DNA from: a virus | IMG/VR virus record: IMGVR_UViG_3300008450_000004 | Location: 32,001-96,000 of that record | DNA: 64,000 nt | Strand: one strand, 5' to 3' | Shown: one piece after another, positions 10,112-20,795 of the stretch | Layout of the letters: the number at the start of each line of letters is the position of its first letter | How positions within the stretch are numbered: position 1 is the first letter of the stretch | The notes under the pieces: model-generated | What the model was told of the DNA's origin: nothing | Seen by the model: the letters and a program-made list of their open reading frames with translations, nothing else | The model's database searches: none | Program-made: the position numbers and the translations under genes

Positions 10112-10723
10112 ATGGAAATACATTATATTTGGATAGGGAACAATAATATACCTAAAAAATACATATCAAATTACCAAAAATGTGTTGAGTTAAACAAAGG
10201 TTTTAAATTCAATATATGGCAAACGGAAGATTGTTTAAAATTGGTAGAATATTATGATTTAGGGAACATATTTAGTTCCCTATCTTTTATAAGTAAATGT
10301 AATTTGTTAAAATACATAATACTTCAAAGATATGGAGGGATATACACTGATTTTGATATTGTATGGAAGCAACCATTTACTAAAATAATGAATAATTTTA
10401 ATTTTCCTAATGTTGATGTGGTATTAACATCTACAAATGAAAATACTTTAATAGATGATCCTTTTATAATAAGCAAACCTAATATTTTTGGTAGTTGTAT
10501 TACATACTGTAAAAATAGAATTAATTTAAAGTATGATGGTGAAATATATAAAAAAACAAAGCAATTAGTTGTACATTCTTTAGAACCTTTTGGTCCGTTT
10601 GGATTAACAGAATGGTTAAATGCCAATCGAATTAGTTATAGCTATTTTCCACAAGAAATGTTATTAAACAATAATGGGTTTTTAGGTGTTCATGAACAAA
10701 AAAGTATTTGGAAAGCAAAGTAA
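10112..10723 (+). CDS. GT32/OCH1-like glycosyltransferase
   Basis: IHYIWIG, YGGIYTDFDI DxD motif. Confidence 0.75.
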   Translation: MEIHYIWIGNNNIPKKYISNYQKCVELNKGFKFNIWQTEDCLKLVEYYDLGNIFSSLSFISKCNLLKYIILQRYGGIYTDFDIVWKQPFTKIMNNFNFPNVDVVLTSTNENTLIDDPFIISKPNIFGSCITYCKNRINLKYDGEIYKKTKQLVVHSLEPFGPFGLTEWLNANRISYSYFPQEMLLNNNGFLGVHEQKSIWKAK

Positions 10724-10742
10724 AAAATATTATATTTACAAT

Positions 10743-11657
10743 ATGAAAAAAGTACATACACTTTGGGTTGAAAAATACCGTAGTCAAACATTAGATCAGT
10801 ATATTGGTAATGAAGAGATTAAAAATCGTATTTCTGATTGCATTACCTCTAATGATATTCCTCATTTTATATTTGCAGGAACAGCAGGTACTGGTAAAAC
10901 TACATTAGCTAAATTAATCGTTAATAATCTTAAATGTGATTATCTTTATTTAAATGCTAGTGATGAAAACGGCATAGATATGATCCGTGAAAAAGTAAAA
11001 GGCTTTGCATCATCAGCATCATTTAATCCTATTAAAATAATAATATTAGATGAAGCAGATTTTTTAACTCAACCAGCACAAGCCGCCTTACGTAATATAA
11101 TTGAAGAATATTCAATAAATACTCGTTTTGTATTAACTTGTAATTATATCGAGCGTTTAATTGAACCTCTTCAATCACGTTGTGAAATTCATAAATTAAT
11201 TCCTCCATCTAAAGGCGAAGTAGCAAAACACGTTTGCATTAATGTATTAGACATAGAAGAAATTACTTATAATATTAAAGATGTAGCTCAAGTAATTAAA
11301 CAACACTATCCAGATATTCGTTCTATTATTAAAAATTTACAAGCTAGTATTAAAGATAATAAGTTTATATTTACAGAAGCTAATATTAATTGGTGTAATA
11401 AAATTATAGAAGTACTACAAAAACCTACTAAAGATAGTTGGATAAATATGCGACAAATTGTATTAAACGCTCAGGTAGATGATTACCAACCATTAATTGA
11501 ACATTTATTTGAAAATATTAATGTATATGGTAAAGGTTATGAAGCTGAAATTACTATTGAATTAGATGAGGCTCAATGGAGATCAAGAACAGTACCTGAT
11601 AAAGAAATCAATATTGCCTCTTTATTAAGTAAAATATTAACAATATTAAAAAAATAA
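10743..11657 (+). CDS. clamp loader AAA+ subunit (gp44/RFC small subunit-like)
   Basis: LWVEKYR, Walker A GTAGTGKTT, LNASDENG, ILDEAD, LQSRC. Confidence 0.92.
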   Translation: MKKVHTLWVEKYRSQTLDQYIGNEEIKNRISDCITSNDIPHFIFAGTAGTGKTTLAKLIVNNLKCDYLYLNASDENGIDMIREKVKGFASSASFNPIKIIILDEADFLTQPAQAALRNIIEEYSINTRFVLTCNYIERLIEPLQSRCEIHKLIPPSKGEVAKHVCINVLDIEEITYNIKDVAQVIKQHYPDIRSIIKNLQASIKDNKFIFTEANINWCNKIIEVLQKPTKDSWINMRQIVLNAQVDDYQPLIEHLFENINVYGKGYEAEITIELDEAQWRSRTVPDKEINIASLLSKILTILKK

Positions 11658-11735
11658 CATTTAATAAAAGGATAAACTATGTTCCTGTAAGAAATCGAAA
11701 TTTCATATATTTATATACGTAAACATATATAAAAT

Positions 11736-12428
11736 ATGAAAAAAACAACATTTATATACTTAATAAAATTATTAGATAATAAAGTATACATAGGAAAAAC
11801 TATAAATATAAAACATAGAGAATCGGCTCATAGAAAAACATTTGGTTCTATTATTAAATTAAATATCATAGATGAAATTGAATCTTTAGATCGTGAGGAC
11901 TGGAAGCCCTTAGAAATAAAATGGATTCAATATTATAAAGATTTAGGGTATGATGTTATAAATAAAAATAAAGGAGGAGGAGGTCCTGAATTTGTTAATG
12001 ATGATATAAGAAAAAAAATAGGATCTAAAAATAGATGTCCTAAACCTGATGGATTTGGAGGTAAACTATCTTTAGCTTTAAAAGGTAGGAAATTTAAAAC
12101 TAATTATGTTTGTACTGAAGAACATAAAGAAGCTATAAGAAAATCTAATAGTAAACCCAACACAGAAGAAACAAAACAGAAAATATCAAATTCATTATTA
12201 AGTAATGGTGGAAATAAAAGAATTAGCCAGAAAAAAAAAGAATGGTTTGAAAACAATAAACATCCATTACTTAGACAAGTAGTACAAATTAATCCTATTA
12301 GTAATAAAATAATTAAAATATGGAACTCTAGATCTGAATTGATAAATAATGGATATACAGGAATACAATATGCTTTAAGTAAAGAAAATCACATATATAA
12401 AAACTCACTTTGGAAATATAACAATTAA
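11736..12428 (+). CDS. GIY-YIG homing endonuclease with NUMOD3-like repeats
   Basis: FIY...VYIGKT, NKNKGGGG, EETKQKISNS. Confidence 0.8.
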   Translation: MKKTTFIYLIKLLDNKVYIGKTINIKHRESAHRKTFGSIIKLNIIDEIESLDREDWKPLEIKWIQYYKDLGYDVINKNKGGGGPEFVNDDIRKKIGSKNRCPKPDGFGGKLSLALKGRKFKTNYVCTEEHKEAIRKSNSKPNTEETKQKISNSLLSNGGNKRISQKKKEWFENNKHPLLRQVVQINPISNKIIKIWNSRSELINNGYTGIQYALSKENHIYKNSLWKYNN

Positions 12429-12435
12429 AAATAAA

Positions 12436-12666
12436 ATGGAAAATAATATTAATGTCTCATTAGACAAAACAACGGAAATTAAATGTAATCAGTGTAATAA
12501 TAATACATTTATTGATGGAGTTATGTTACGTAAAGTATCTAAATTTTTAGTTGGTTCTCCCCAAGATGCTTTAATACCAATCCAAATTATGATTTGTACT
12601 AAATGTCAAACCCCACTAGAAGAAACACTACCAATCCAGTTAAAACAATTACAAAACGCAGAATAA
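12436..12666 (+). CDS. small Zn-ribbon protein
   Basis: CNQC...CTKC. Confidence 0.7.
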   Translation: MENNINVSLDKTTEIKCNQCNNNTFIDGVMLRKVSKFLVGSPQDALIPIQIMICTKCQTPLEETLPIQLKQLQNAE

Positions 12667-12905
12667 TGTTCTGGAGAAAATTAAAAATGATAAAAGCAGA
12701 ATTAGAACAAGAAGTAAAAATTTTAAGGCAATACGTAATCAATCTTAAAGCAGATAAAGATAATCTAACTAGCCAACTTCAACAGGCAGAGGGCCAACTT
12801 AAAATGATGTCATTATCTTTAGAATCCCTTAATGAGGAATTGAGAATGCGTAGATCACAAGAGGAAGTGGATAAAAGATTTAATGATGATTCAAAATATT
12901 ATTAA
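12666..12905 (+). CDS. coiled-coil hypothetical protein
   Basis: part of ORF 12603..12905; likely start MFWRKLK; heptad pattern. Confidence 0.55.
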   Translation: MFWRKLKMIKAELEQEVKILRQYVINLKADKDNLTSQLQQAEGQLKMMSLSLESLNEELRMRRSQEEVDKRFNDDSKYY

Positions 12906-13294
12906 TGGAAGATAAAAAAATTACTATCTGGGATCATATTAAAAACATAACCGTTCAAAAAGGAGAATACTTAGGAGATGAAGGTTTTAATAATTGGATG
13001 TGTAACAGGATATTAAGTATGAATAGAGATTATTGTGAAGTAGTAAATTATATTCAAAAAAATACATGGCAGATAAAAGGTGAGTATTTATATAACTTAT
13101 ATAAAGATATTATTCCTACACAATATGTGTATTCAAAGTATATTAAAGCACAAAATAAAAAGGAATATAAGGAAGATATATTAGAAGCTGTACAATTATA
13201 TTTTGAGGTAAGTAAAAGAGAAGCTAAAGAATATATTGAAATGTTACCAGAAAACGAATTAAATAGTGTTGTATTACAAGTAAATGGAAAATAA
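12905..13294 (+). CDS. putative clamp loader A subunit (T4 gp62-like)
   Basis: NWMCNRILSM, YFEVSKREAKEY resemble gp62; near gp44-like gene. Confidence 0.6.
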   Translation: MEDKKITIWDHIKNITVQKGEYLGDEGFNNWMCNRILSMNRDYCEVVNYIQKNTWQIKGEYLYNLYKDIIPTQYVYSKYIKAQNKKEYKEDILEAVQLYFEVSKREAKEYIEMLPENELNSVVLQVNGK

Positions 13295-13328
13295 ATAATT
13301 AAAAAATTTTAAAACATAATATAAAAAT

Positions 13329-13637
13329 ATGAGCGTTATAGGAGAATTTTGGGAAGAAAAAGTAAACAGAGAGTATATTCAAAAACCAGAAGATGCTATT
13401 ACTACATCGGTAATGGAAGATTTAAAACGTAGAGCTGATCTAGGTATTAAAAAATATGGTACTACTTTATCTTCTAATAATAACGATGATTTTATAAACC
13501 ATGCTTATGAAGAAGCACTTGATCTTGCTCAATATTTAAAAAAAGAAATGTCTATTATTCCTATATTGAAACAAACAATTAATCAATATCCTAATGATAT
13601 TGAATTAGGAAAAATAATCAGACAAATTTATGGCTAA
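13329..13637 (+). CDS. all-alpha NTP pyrophosphatase-like (MazG-like) protein
   Basis: GIKKYGTTL...HAYEEALDLAQYL (EExxD). Confidence 0.5.
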   Translation: MSVIGEFWEEKVNREYIQKPEDAITTSVMEDLKRRADLGIKKYGTTLSSNNNDDFINHAYEEALDLAQYLKKEMSIIPILKQTINQYPNDIELGKIIRQIYG

Positions 13638-14601
13638 ATATATTAAATCAAATACAGATTTTAATGGTTTACCTAAACCTAATAGAGTTAAATCTAAAAA
13701 CAAATTACCTTTATGGAAATTTATTCCTAAAGATATTGATTTCTCTTATCAAAAAGTAATATCATTTTCACAATATCAAACATATGAACAATGTAATTAC
13801 AAATGGTATAAACAAAGTGTAGAAAAGGTAATACCCTTTATTCCAAATATGAATCTAGTATTTGGTACAGCTATACATCATGTCTTTCAACATTATTTAA
13901 AAACAGGTTATGAGATTTCATTTACTGCGGCAGATAAAGAAGACATATTTGGTTTATTACAAACTAAATTAACAGAGGAATATCAAACTCAATACAAAAA
14001 ATATGGTAAACATTTTTCGAATCCTGAAGAAATGGCTGAGTTTTATGATGATGGTGTTGCTATATTAGAGTGGTTTAAGAAAAAACGTAAAATATATTTT
14101 TCTAGTAAAGGTTCTCAATTAGTAGGTATTGAAATGCCACTACAAAAAGAAATAAGTAAAAATGTAATATATCAAGGTTATATTGATTTAGTTATGTATG
14201 ATGAAGATTTAGATAAAGTAAAAATATATGATATAAAAACCTCTACTAAAGGTTGGAATAACTATGATAAGAAAAATGAATATAAAATAGCACAAGTATT
14301 ATTATATAAACAATTTTTTTCTGAATTATATTGTTATCCAATAGATAAAATTGATGTTGAATTCTTAATATTAAAACGTAAAGCAGAACCAAATGAATTT
14401 ACTGATTATCCTAAAAGAATACAAGAATTTAAACCAGCTAATGGTAAAATAAAACTTAAACAGAGTCAGGAAAGATTTAATAGTTTTGTTAAAAATTGTT
14501 TTGATAATAATGGCAAACCTATAGTTAAAGAACACACTAAAAACATAAGTAAATTATGTGAGTGGTGTCCTATAAATAATACTAATCTTTGTATAAAATA
14601 A
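13630..14601 (+). CDS. PD-(D/E)XK nuclease (RecB/Cas4-like)
   Basis: SFSQY..YEQC, FGTAIH, GYIDLV, YDIKTS, Q..LY, C-terminal CEWCP...C. Confidence 0.85.
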   Translation: MAKYIKSNTDFNGLPKPNRVKSKNKLPLWKFIPKDIDFSYQKVISFSQYQTYEQCNYKWYKQSVEKVIPFIPNMNLVFGTAIHHVFQHYLKTGYEISFTAADKEDIFGLLQTKLTEEYQTQYKKYGKHFSNPEEMAEFYDDGVAILEWFKKKRKIYFSSKGSQLVGIEMPLQKEISKNVIYQGYIDLVMYDEDLDKVKIYDIKTSTKGWNNYDKKNEYKIAQVLLYKQFFSELYCYPIDKIDVEFLILKRKAEPNEFTDYPKRIQEFKPANGKIKLKQSQERFNSFVKNCFDNNGKPIVKEHTKNISKLCEWCPINNTNLCIK

Positions 14602-14651
14602 TTGTTGTTTTTGTATTTTTGTATATATTTATATACATCAAATATATAATT

Positions 14652-14858
14652 ATGAATAAAAATAAAGACATGGTACTAACTTCAGTAAAACTTCCAGAAA
14701 AGTTATTTGAAGATTTTAAAGTAAATTGCATTAAAAATAAATTTAGCATCCAAAAATTAACAGAAAGATCAATGTATTTATACATGACTAATCCTGAATT
14801 TAAAAAAGAAATACACAATGTTTTAGACACGTTTTTTACGGGTAGCTCAGAAAATTAA
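14652..14858 (+). CDS. small DNA-binding protein (ribbon-helix-helix-like)
   Basis: LTSVKL beta strand then two helices; preceded by ATATTTAT motif. Confidence 0.5.
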   Translation: MNKNKDMVLTSVKLPEKLFEDFKVNCIKNKFSIQKLTERSMYLYMTNPEFKKEIHNVLDTFFTGSSEN

Positions 14859-14877
14859 TTAATAAAGTATATAAGTT

Positions 14878-16338
14878 ATGGAAAAAAAAGGTTATATCCC
14901 TAAGGATCAACGTAAAAAAATACTTCTTTTATGTGACGATATTAGAATGCACTCAGGTATTTCTACTATGGCTCGCGAATTAGTAGTAGGTACAGCCCAT
15001 GTATTTAATTGGGTTAATATTGGAGGAGCAATCCAGCACTCTGAAGCAGGTAAACGATTAGATTTAAGTGAGGATAGTAGTAAAATAACAGGAATTAAAG
15101 ATGCTAGTGTATTTTTATATCCAACAAATGGATATGGAGATCAATCATTAGTAACTCAAATTATGAATATTGAAAAGCCGGATGCATTAATGATATTTAC
15201 TGATCCTAGATATTGGGTTTGGTTATTCCAGATGGAACATGAGATTCGTATTAAAACTCCTATAATATATCTTAATATATGGGACGACTTACCTTATCCT
15301 ATGTATAATAAGTCGTTTTATGAGTCATGTGATGCTTTATTAGCTATAAGTAAACAAACAGAAAATATTAACAAAGTAGTATTAGGTGAATTAAGTAAAG
15401 ACAAAGTAATTAAATATGTACCTCATGGTATAAATGAAGACCATTTCTTCCCTATCACTACAGATAAACCAGAATACCTATCATTACAAGAATTTAAAAA
15501 ACGTTTATTTAATAATAAACAGTATGATTTTACTTTATTATATAACGCTAGAAATATTCGTCGCAAATCAGTTCCAGATCTAATGTTAGCATGGAAAATG
15601 TTTGTTGATGAATTACCAGAGGATAAAGCAAAGAAAACAGCATTTGTTTTACACACCCAAGCAATTGATGAAAACGGTACAGATTTAATAGCTGTAAAAG
15701 AAATGTTATTTGGAAACCATGATAAATACAATATTATATTTTCAAATCAAAAATTAGAAGTTAATGGAATGAATTTATTATACAATTCAGCAGATGCTAT
15801 TGCTTTAATAAGTTCAAATGAAGGATGGGGATTATCATTAACAGAAGCAATGATGTGTGGTAAACCAATTATAGCAACTGTTACAGGTGGTATGCAAGAT
15901 CAAATGCGTTTTGAAGACGAAAATGGTGAATGGATTAAGTTTACTGAAGAATTTGGCTCAAACCATAAAGGTAAATTTAAAAAACATGGTAAATGGGCGT
16001 TTCCTATATTCCCTAGCAATGTCAGCTTAATCGGCTCAGTTCCAACACCTTACATTTATGATGATAGAGCCCAACCAGAAGATGTAGCTACCGAAATACA
16101 AAAAATATATACTATTAAAACCAATTCTCCTGCGGAATATAATGAGATAGCTCAAGAGGCACGTAAGTGGGTGATTTCGGATGAATCGATGATGTCTGCG
16201 CGTTTAATGTGCAAAAATTTTATTGATGGGGTTAATGAAACATTTACTAAATGGACACCAAGAGAATTATTTTCATTCACTAAAGTAGAACAATTAGATC
16301 AACCAAAACATTACGTTAAACACCCAATTTCAAAATAA
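14878..16338 (+). CDS. GT4-family glycosyltransferase
   Basis: NARNIRRK, SSNEGWGLSLTEAMMCGKPII. Confidence 0.85.
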   Translation: MEKKGYIPKDQRKKILLLCDDIRMHSGISTMARELVVGTAHVFNWVNIGGAIQHSEAGKRLDLSEDSSKITGIKDASVFLYPTNGYGDQSLVTQIMNIEKPDALMIFTDPRYWVWLFQMEHEIRIKTPIIYLNIWDDLPYPMYNKSFYESCDALLAISKQTENINKVVLGELSKDKVIKYVPHGINEDHFFPITTDKPEYLSLQEFKKRLFNNKQYDFTLLYNARNIRRKSVPDLMLAWKMFVDELPEDKAKKTAFVLHTQAIDENGTDLIAVKEMLFGNHDKYNIIFSNQKLEVNGMNLLYNSADAIALISSNEGWGLSLTEAMMCGKPIIATVTGGMQDQMRFEDENGEWIKFTEEFGSNHKGKFKKHGKWAFPIFPSNVSLIGSVPTPYIYDDRAQPEDVATEIQKIYTIKTNSPAEYNEIAQEARKWVISDESMMSARLMCKNFIDGVNETFTKWTPRELFSFTKVEQLDQPKHYVKHPISK

Positions 16339-16348
16339 GAATAAAAAT

Positions 16349-17665
16349 ATGAATAAACCATTATTTGTTATATCATGCCCAATAGACTGCTATAGCGGAT
16401 ATTCAGCGCGCTCAAGAGACATCGTTAAAGCTTTACTAAAAACAAACAAATACGATATCAAAATTCTACCTCAGAGATGGGGTTCAACATCATTTGGATT
16501 TTTAAAAGCAGATAATCCTGAACATAAACAAATTCTAGATTGTATTTTACCTCAACCCCAGTTACCTAAACAACCTGATGTATGGATGCAAATTACAGTT
16601 CCAAATGAATTTCAAGCTGTAGGTAAATTTAATATAGGCGTAACCGCAGGTATTGAAACTACTATTTGTGATTCTAGTTGGATTGAAGGTTTAAATAGAA
16701 TGAATCTAAATTTAGTATCATCAGAACATGCTAAAGCAGTATTTAAAAATTCTAAATTTGAAGCTCGTAATCAACAAACAGGCCAAGTTGAAAAAGTAAT
16801 TGAACTAACATCACCGGTAGAGGTATTATTCGAAGGAGCAGATATTAATATCTATAAAAAGTTAGATACCTTGTCTGAGAATGATTTAACTCAAACATTA
16901 GATGCTATCCCTGAAAAGTTTGCTTTCTTATTTGTAGGACATTGGTTACAAGGTGCTTTAGGTGAAGATAGAAAAAATGTAGGAATGATGATTAAAACGT
17001 TTTTAGAAACATTTAAAAATATTAAAGACAAACCAGCATTAATTATAAAAACACAAGGAGCTACTGCATCTATTATAGATAAAAATGAAATACTAGATAA
17101 AATTAGACAAATACAAGCGTTAGTAGACAGTAAAGACTTACCTAATATATATTTGTTACATGGTATGTTTGATGATGAAGAAATGAATATGTTATATAAT
17201 CATCCAAAAATAAAAGCGCATGTAACCTTTACTAAAGGTGAAGGGTTTGGTCGTCCATTATTAGAAGCATCTATTTCAGCTAAACCAGTAATAGCTCCTA
17301 ATTGGAGTGGACATATAGATTTCTTACATAAAGATTTCTCAGTATTATTACCAGGTCAAGTAACTCAAATTCATCCATCTGCAGTAATACAAAATATGCT
17401 TATTCCGGAATCAGGTTGGTTTACAGTAGATTATAAAATAGTCTCTGACAATTTAAGAGATGTTCATAAAAACTATAAAAATTATGTTGAAGGAGCCAAA
17501 AGACAAGCGTATCATTCAAGAACAGAATTTAATTTGGATAAAATGGGTATTGCTTTGGATAATCTTACGGATAGTAAAATTCCTAAATTAACTGTTCTTA
17601 AACTTCCTACTCTTAAACGTATTGAGCTTCCCAAAACAGATAAAATTAAATCCCAAATCAAGTAA
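16349..17665 (+). CDS. GT4-family glycosyltransferase
   Basis: SGYSARSR, DRKN, GEGFGRPLLEA...KPVIAPNWSGH. Confidence 0.85.
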   Translation: MNKPLFVISCPIDCYSGYSARSRDIVKALLKTNKYDIKILPQRWGSTSFGFLKADNPEHKQILDCILPQPQLPKQPDVWMQITVPNEFQAVGKFNIGVTAGIETTICDSSWIEGLNRMNLNLVSSEHAKAVFKNSKFEARNQQTGQVEKVIELTSPVEVLFEGADINIYKKLDTLSENDLTQTLDAIPEKFAFLFVGHWLQGALGEDRKNVGMMIKTFLETFKNIKDKPALIIKTQGATASIIDKNEILDKIRQIQALVDSKDLPNIYLLHGMFDDEEMNMLYNHPKIKAHVTFTKGEGFGRPLLEASISAKPVIAPNWSGHIDFLHKDFSVLLPGQVTQIHPSAVIQNMLIPESGWFTVDYKIVSDNLRDVHKNYKNYVEGAKRQAYHSRTEFNLDKMGIALDNLTDSKIPKLTVLKLPTLKRIELPKTDKIKSQIK

Positions 17666-17701
17666 AGTTAAATTTTTGTATATTTATTGTAAATAACAAT
17701 T

Positions 17702-18370
17702 ATGATAATTATATATGTTTTAGAAAAAAATAATGTTCCTTTTTATGTAGGTAAATGTAATAATATTAATGTAAGATTTTGTCAACATAAAAAAACATAT
17801 GGTTTGGATATTAATATTAAAGTACTGGAGTTAGTAGATGATAAAGAATGGAAAGATAAAGAAAGATATTATATATTGTTACATGAATCTAAAGGATTTA
17901 AATTAGAAAATAAGAATAAAGGTGGAGGTGGTCCTACTAATTTAAATGATATATCTAGACAAAAAATAACAGATAGTAAAACAGGAAATCATTATAAATT
18001 AAAAAATATTCCTGAAGGAGAAATAGAAAAATTATATGAATATAATAATATCCAACAAATATCAGAATTATTAAATTTAACATTTCCTACTGTAAAAAAA
18101 TATCTAATAAATAAAAATATTTATATTAAGTATAAAAATAAACCTTCCATAAATGAAGAAACAAAAAGAAATTTTAAAAATAGAAAACATAGAGATGGAA
18201 AACCAATAATTCAATTAGATAAAAATAATAATATAATTAATGATTTTAATAGTATATCTGAAGCATGTATATATCTTAATAAACCAAAACGAGAAGGAGA
18301 TATAACAGCTGCTTGTCAAGGTAAACAAAAAACAGCTTTTGGATATAAATGGAAATATAAAGAAAAATAA
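17702..18370 (+). CDS. GIY-YIG homing endonuclease with NUMOD1 C-terminus
   Basis: IIY...FYVGK, NKNKGGGG, C-terminal KQKTAFGYKWKY. Confidence 0.8.
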   Translation: MIIIYVLEKNNVPFYVGKCNNINVRFCQHKKTYGLDINIKVLELVDDKEWKDKERYYILLHESKGFKLENKNKGGGGPTNLNDISRQKITDSKTGNHYKLKNIPEGEIEKLYEYNNIQQISELLNLTFPTVKKYLINKNIYIKYKNKPSINEETKRNFKNRKHRDGKPIIQLDKNNNIINDFNSISEACIYLNKPKREGDITAACQGKQKTAFGYKWKYKEK

Positions 18371-18380
18371 GATAAATAAA

Positions 18381-18572
18381 ATGGAAAAAATAGAAATAAT
18401 CAAAACATTTTTTATTAATTTTAATTATTTAAAAGATCAATTTGTTAATAGTCTGATGACATTAAATAATGAGAGACTTTTAGTTAATGAAATTAAAAAG
18501 AAACAATATTTAGTATCTGATACTAAACCTAATCCTGAGTTATTTGATAAATATAAAAAAATCATAAAATGA
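18381..18572 (+). CDS. hypothetical protein
   Basis: 3' part of ORF 18339..18572 from ATG MEKIEI. Confidence 0.45.
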   Translation: MEKIEIIKTFFINFNYLKDQFVNSLMTLNNERLLVNEIKKKQYLVSDTKPNPELFDKYKKIIK

Positions 18573-18967
18573 AGGAACAACTAATTAATTGCCCACGTTG
18601 TAATTCAAACGCATGCTCAGAAATGTCAGATGGAAATATAACCATCTGGCAATGTATGGGTTGTGGGTTTACATCTAACACCTTCTTAACAGAAGAGAAC
18701 TCAGTAAAGTATAAAGAAGTATTACCTGAATTGTATAAGGATCTTGAATTTATAGACGAAAAAGGATTACATTGGTACCCAACATCAGTAGCAATGGATG
18801 ATAAATCAATGGTATTTGCTGAAGGTATTTCTATAGAAAATTGGAAATGGTCTGCAGTACAATCGAAAGATGGTAAACCTGATATGACTACTAAAAAAGA
18901 ATTTGATGGAAATGATTTCCTTGAAGCTTTAGATTATGTAGGTTATTTTAAATCTAATTCAAAATAA
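18569..18967 (+). CDS. Zn-ribbon-containing protein
   Basis: CPRC...CMGC. Confidence 0.7.
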   Translation: MKEQLINCPRCNSNACSEMSDGNITIWQCMGCGFTSNTFLTEENSVKYKEVLPELYKDLEFIDEKGLHWYPTSVAMDDKSMVFAEGISIENWKWSAVQSKDGKPDMTTKKEFDGNDFLEALDYVGYFKSNSK

Positions 18968-18968
18968 T

Positions 18969-19340
18969 ATGACTCCTCAAGAATTTACTATCTGGCTAAA
19001 AGGATTTTTAGCTGCCATAACTCAAATTGAAAATCATCATGTAGCAAAGATTAAAGATACTTTGAAAACTGTAGGAGATAAAAAGGGCGTTCTTTTGAAT
19101 CCTGAATATCCATGTATGCCAGTTACTCCTAATGCTCCTGATGTATCTAATGAAAAATTAGTTCCATATAATACTATTTGCGGATGTAACCCAACAAATG
19201 GTGGTAGTGGTATTTGCGGATGTATAATGGGTAATAAACTAGTACCTAGAAATAGCAAATCTAATATATACACTACTACAACTGATAATATTCCTTTTAA
19301 TTGGCAATACGAAAATTCTAAACAAATTCTAAACGATTAA
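18969..19340 (+). CDS. hypothetical protein
   Basis: MTPQEFTIWLKGF start; CGCNP..GGSGICGC motif. Confidence 0.7.
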   Translation: MTPQEFTIWLKGFLAAITQIENHHVAKIKDTLKTVGDKKGVLLNPEYPCMPVTPNAPDVSNEKLVPYNTICGCNPTNGGSGICGCIMGNKLVPRNSKSNIYTTTTDNIPFNWQYENSKQILND

Positions 19341-19345
19341 GTTTT

Positions 19346-19888
19346 ATGAAAATAAGTTATGGTATCACAGTATGTGATGAATATGAGGAATTAGATCACT
19401 TACTTTATAGTATGCATCCTCTATTAGAAGATAGCGATGAAATAATAATTTTACGCGATATAAGCAAGACAAATTCTAAAGTCACCAAAGTCATTGAATC
19501 CCATAGAGATATATATAAAAATCAACTTATAGTAGTAGAAGCTCGTTTAAATAATGACTTTGCTACATTTAAAAATCAATTATTAACTTGGGCTACTGGT
19601 GATTATCTATTTCAAATTGATGCTGATGAAACCCCTAACCCAATATTAATTGGAAATCTAAAATCAATATTAGAAGCAAATAAAGAGATTGATTGTTATT
19701 ACATTCCACGAATTAATGTTGTGTGGGGGTTAACTCAAGACCATATTCAAAAATGGGGTTGGAAAATATCTAAATTAGAAAACCATACCTCAGAAGATAT
19801 ACTAGATTTAGATAATCCTAAAGATAGAGATAGATATGAACTTTACAAAAAATATAATTTAATTATTGAAGAAAGTAAACTTTCCTGA
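19346..19888 (+). CDS. GT2-family glycosyltransferase, N-terminal part (split gene)
   Basis: KISYGITVCDE, FATFKN, GDYLFQIDADE, IPRIN; lacks the C-terminal part found at 20563. Confidence 0.8.
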   Translation: MKISYGITVCDEYEELDHLLYSMHPLLEDSDEIIILRDISKTNSKVTKVIESHRDIYKNQLIVVEARLNNDFATFKNQLLTWATGDYLFQIDADETPNPILIGNLKSILEANKEIDCYYIPRINVVWGLTQDHIQKWGWKISKLENHTSEDILDLDNPKDRDRYELYKKYNLIIEESKLS

Positions 19889-19918
19889 TATTTATAATAA
19901 ATAATATCTGGGTAATTT

Positions 19919-20575
19919 ATGAAATCTTATATATATTCTTATTTTGATAAGAAAAAACAAAAAATTTGTTATGTAGGTAAAACTAATGGTAATGAAAAAA
20001 CATATAGAACTGGGAGTAAAATATTGAAACGTTATATATCTTTATATGGATATGATGTTTTTGATAATAGGTTTGATAGAAATGTTATTGAATATTATTC
20101 TATAGAACAGTTAGATAAAAGAGAAGAATATTGGATTGAATATTATGATACTTTTAATAATGGTTTAAATTTAACAAAAGGAGGTAGATATGATTGGAAA
20201 CGGAGTTATTTTAAACCTGTATTACAATATGATTTAAAAGGTAACTTTATTAAAGAATGGGAATGTGGAAAATGGGCAGCTATAGAATTAAAAATACAAA
20301 TTGACGGTATTAGTGCTTGCTGTATGGGAAAACAAAAAACAGCGGGAGGTTATATTTGGATGCATAAAACAAAGAAAACAATAATACAATATATAACCCC
20401 AATTGTAAGAAAACAATATAAAAATAAGGTTACTCGGATTAAAAATCAAGCAATAGAAATAGAAAACAAACAATACAAAAGTATTACCCAGGCTGCAAAA
20501 GATTTAAATATGACCTTTGGTAAATTAAATGGAAAAATAAAAAATAATCAAATTAAGTATAAATGGCTAAAATAA
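19919..20575 (+). CDS. GIY-YIG homing endonuclease inserted in GT2 gene
   Basis: YIY...CYVGKT, YRTGS, REEYWI, GLNLTKGG, NUMOD1 KQKTAGGYIW. Confidence 0.8.
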   Translation: MKSYIYSYFDKKKQKICYVGKTNGNEKTYRTGSKILKRYISLYGYDVFDNRFDRNVIEYYSIEQLDKREEYWIEYYDTFNNGLNLTKGGRYDWKRSYFKPVLQYDLKGNFIKEWECGKWAAIELKIQIDGISACCMGKQKTAGGYIWMHKTKKTIIQYITPIVRKQYKNKVTRIKNQAIEIENKQYKSITQAAKDLNMTFGKLNGKIKNNQIKYKWLK

Positions 20576-20793
20576 AAATTAAATATTACGAACCAATAAT
20601 AAATTGGTGTGACCCCCAAATGCGCCTATTTAAATTAAATCAAGGTATTAAGTGGAAAAATAAAGTTCATGAAGTGTTGGAAGGACACAGTACCCTTAGT
20701 ACATTACCATATGATACAGAAGATTTTTGTTTATATCATATTAAATCAATAGAAAAACAGGAAAAACAAAATAATTTTTATAATACTATTTAA
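20563..20793 (+). CDS. GT2 glycosyltransferase C-terminal part
   Basis: INWCDPQMRLFK...IKWKNKVHEVL...LYHIK: typical GT2 C-terminal R.F..W...VHE motif. Confidence 0.7.
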   Translation: MAKIKIKYYEPIINWCDPQMRLFKLNQGIKWKNKVHEVLEGHSTLSTLPYDTEDFCLYHIKSIEKQEKQNNFYNTI

Positions 20794-20795
20794 TT

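Noticed and set aside
19889-20575. Group I intron around the endonucleases in the GT2 gene and at thyA
   Set aside because: Flanking non-coding sequence is only ~30-45 nt upstream and absent downstream; no P7-type core is visible.
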